From: Ylistrum balloti | Lineage: Eukaryota | Assembly (NCBI RefSeq): GCF_031769215.1 | Contig: NW_026781965.1 | Location: 1,674,001-1,738,000 of the forward strand | Length of the DNA: 64,000 nt | Direction: 5' to 3' | In this document: piece by piece, positions 62,264-64,000 of the stretch | How positions within the stretch are numbered: position 1 is the first letter of the stretch | Layout of the letters: each line of letters opens with the position of its first letter | Notes under the pieces: generated by a model | Seen by the model: only the letters and a program-made list of their open reading frames with translations | The model's database searches: none | Told to the model about the DNA's origin: nothing | Position numbers and translations under genes: made by a program

Positions 62264-63925
62264 ATGGTAATCATCAGCCCATTGTGGGGATCAGATGATA
62301 ATTGTCAGCCCATTGTGGGGATCAGATGATAATTGTCAGCCCATTGTGGGAATCAGATGGTAATCATCAGCCCATTGTGGGGATCAGATGATAATTGTCA
62401 GCCCATTGTGGGGATCAGATGATAATCACCAGCCCATTGTGGGGATCAGATGGTAATTGTCAGCCCATTGTGGGGATCAGATGGTAATTGTCAGCCCATT
62501 GTGGGGATCAGATGATAATCACCAGCCCATTGTGGGGATCAGATGATAATCACCAGCCCATTGTGGGGATCAGATGGTAATTGTCAGCCCATTGTGGGGA
62601 TCAGATGATAATCACCAGCCCATTGTGGGGATCAGATAATAATCACCAGCCCATTGTGGGGATCAGATGATAATCACCAACCCATTGTGGGGATCAGATG
62701 GTAATTGTCAGCCCATTGTGGGGATCAGATGATAATCACCAGCCCATTGTGGGGATCAGATAATAATCACCAGCCCATTGTGGGGATCAGATAATAATCA
62801 CCAGCCCATTGTGGGGATCAGATGATAATCACCAGCCCATTGTGGGGATCAGATGGTAATTGTCAGCCCATTGTGGGGATCAGATGATAATCACCAGCCC
62901 ATTGTGGGGATCAGATAATAATCACCAGCCCATTGTGGGGATCAGATAATAATCACCAGCCCATTGTGGGGATCAGATGATAATTGTCAGCCCATTGTGG
63001 GGATCAGATGATAATTGTCAGCCCATTGTGGGGATCAGATGATAATTGTCAGCCCATTGTGGGGATCAGATGATAATCACCAGCCCATTGTGGGGATCAG
63101 ATGATAATCACCAGCCCATTGTGTGGATCAGATGATAATTGTCAGCCCATTGTGGGGATCAGATGATAATCACCAGCCCATTGTGTGGATCAAATGATAA
63201 TTGTCAGCCCATTGTGGGGATCAGATGATAATCACCAGCCCATTGTGTGGATCAGATGATAATTGTCAGCCCATTGTGGGGATCAGATGATAATCACCAG
63301 CCCATTGTGGGGATCAGATGATAATCACCAGCCCATTGTGGGGATCAGATGATAATTGTCAGCCCATTGTGGGGATCAGGATAATCACCAGCCCATTGTG
63401 TGATAATTGTCAGCCCATTGTGGGGATCAGATGATAATCACCAGCCCATTGTGGGGATCAGATGATAATCACCAGCCCATTGTGGGGATCAGATTGTTAT
63501 CATCAGCCCATTGTGGGGATCAGATGATAATCACCAGCCCATTGTGGGGATCAGATTCAGCCCATTGTGGGGATCAGATGATAATCAGCCCATTGTGGGG
63601 ATCAGATGGTAATTGTCAGCCCATTGTGGGGATCAGATGGATAATTGTCAGCCCATTGTGGGGATGATAAGCCCATTGTGGGGATAATCTCAGCCCATTG
63701 TGGGGATCAGATGATAATCACCAGCCCATTGTGGGGATCAGATTGTTATCATCAGCCCATTGTGGGGATCAGATGATAATCACCAGCCCATTGTGGGGAT
63801 CAGATTTTTATCATCAGCCCATTGTGGGGATCAGATGATAATCACCAGCCCATTGTGGGGATCAGATTTTTATCATCAGCCCATTGTGGGGATCAGATGA
63901 TAATTATAAGTCCATTGTGTGGATC
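62264..63925. repeat. 31-bp minisatellite, about 53 units, in a PGAP1 intron
   Basis: Unit cagcccattgtggggatcagatgataat followed by either cac or tgt, with minor gat/ggt/aat variants. Confidence 0.98.
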
Positions 63926-64000
63926 AGAGGGTAGTTGACAATATTCTGTTGTCAGTATAAGACAACCATTTCATTTGTATAATAAAATGTATAACATTGA

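Noticed and set aside
62264-63925. CRISPR-like appearance of the 31-bp array (and of the 67- and 83-bp arrays)
   Set aside because: Units are contiguous with no unique spacers, there are no cas genes, and the context is a eukaryotic intron or intergenic region.

Overview
AT-rich, intron-rich eukaryotic animal DNA, most likely a lophotrochozoan or bivalve mollusc judging by the repeat families. I reconstructed six protein-coding genes by hand, exon by exon with phase-consistent GT-AG junctions. They form three head-to-head pairs: GTPBP1(-, partial)/Josephin JOSD(+), SNX29(-)/RPL10(+) and NUDCD3(-)/PGAP1(+, partial). The most striking feature is six tandem box H/ACA snoRNA copies in the last intron of RPL10. 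Their first hairpin has an invariant pocket complementary to the conserved LSU rRNA site GAACG-U-GAGCUGG. In three copies the second hairpin matches AGCGU-U-CAUAGCGAC, and in the other three it has diverged. The window also holds a probable decayed multi-exon pseudogene of unknown identity (about 10.8-16.1 kb), a duplicated exon fragment that could act as a poison exon in SNX29, a solo-LTR-like element with a target-site duplication, a CR1-like LINE remnant, many Helentron-type non-autonomous elements and several minisatellites. All assignments are by eye and by recall of conserved sequences; no searches were run.
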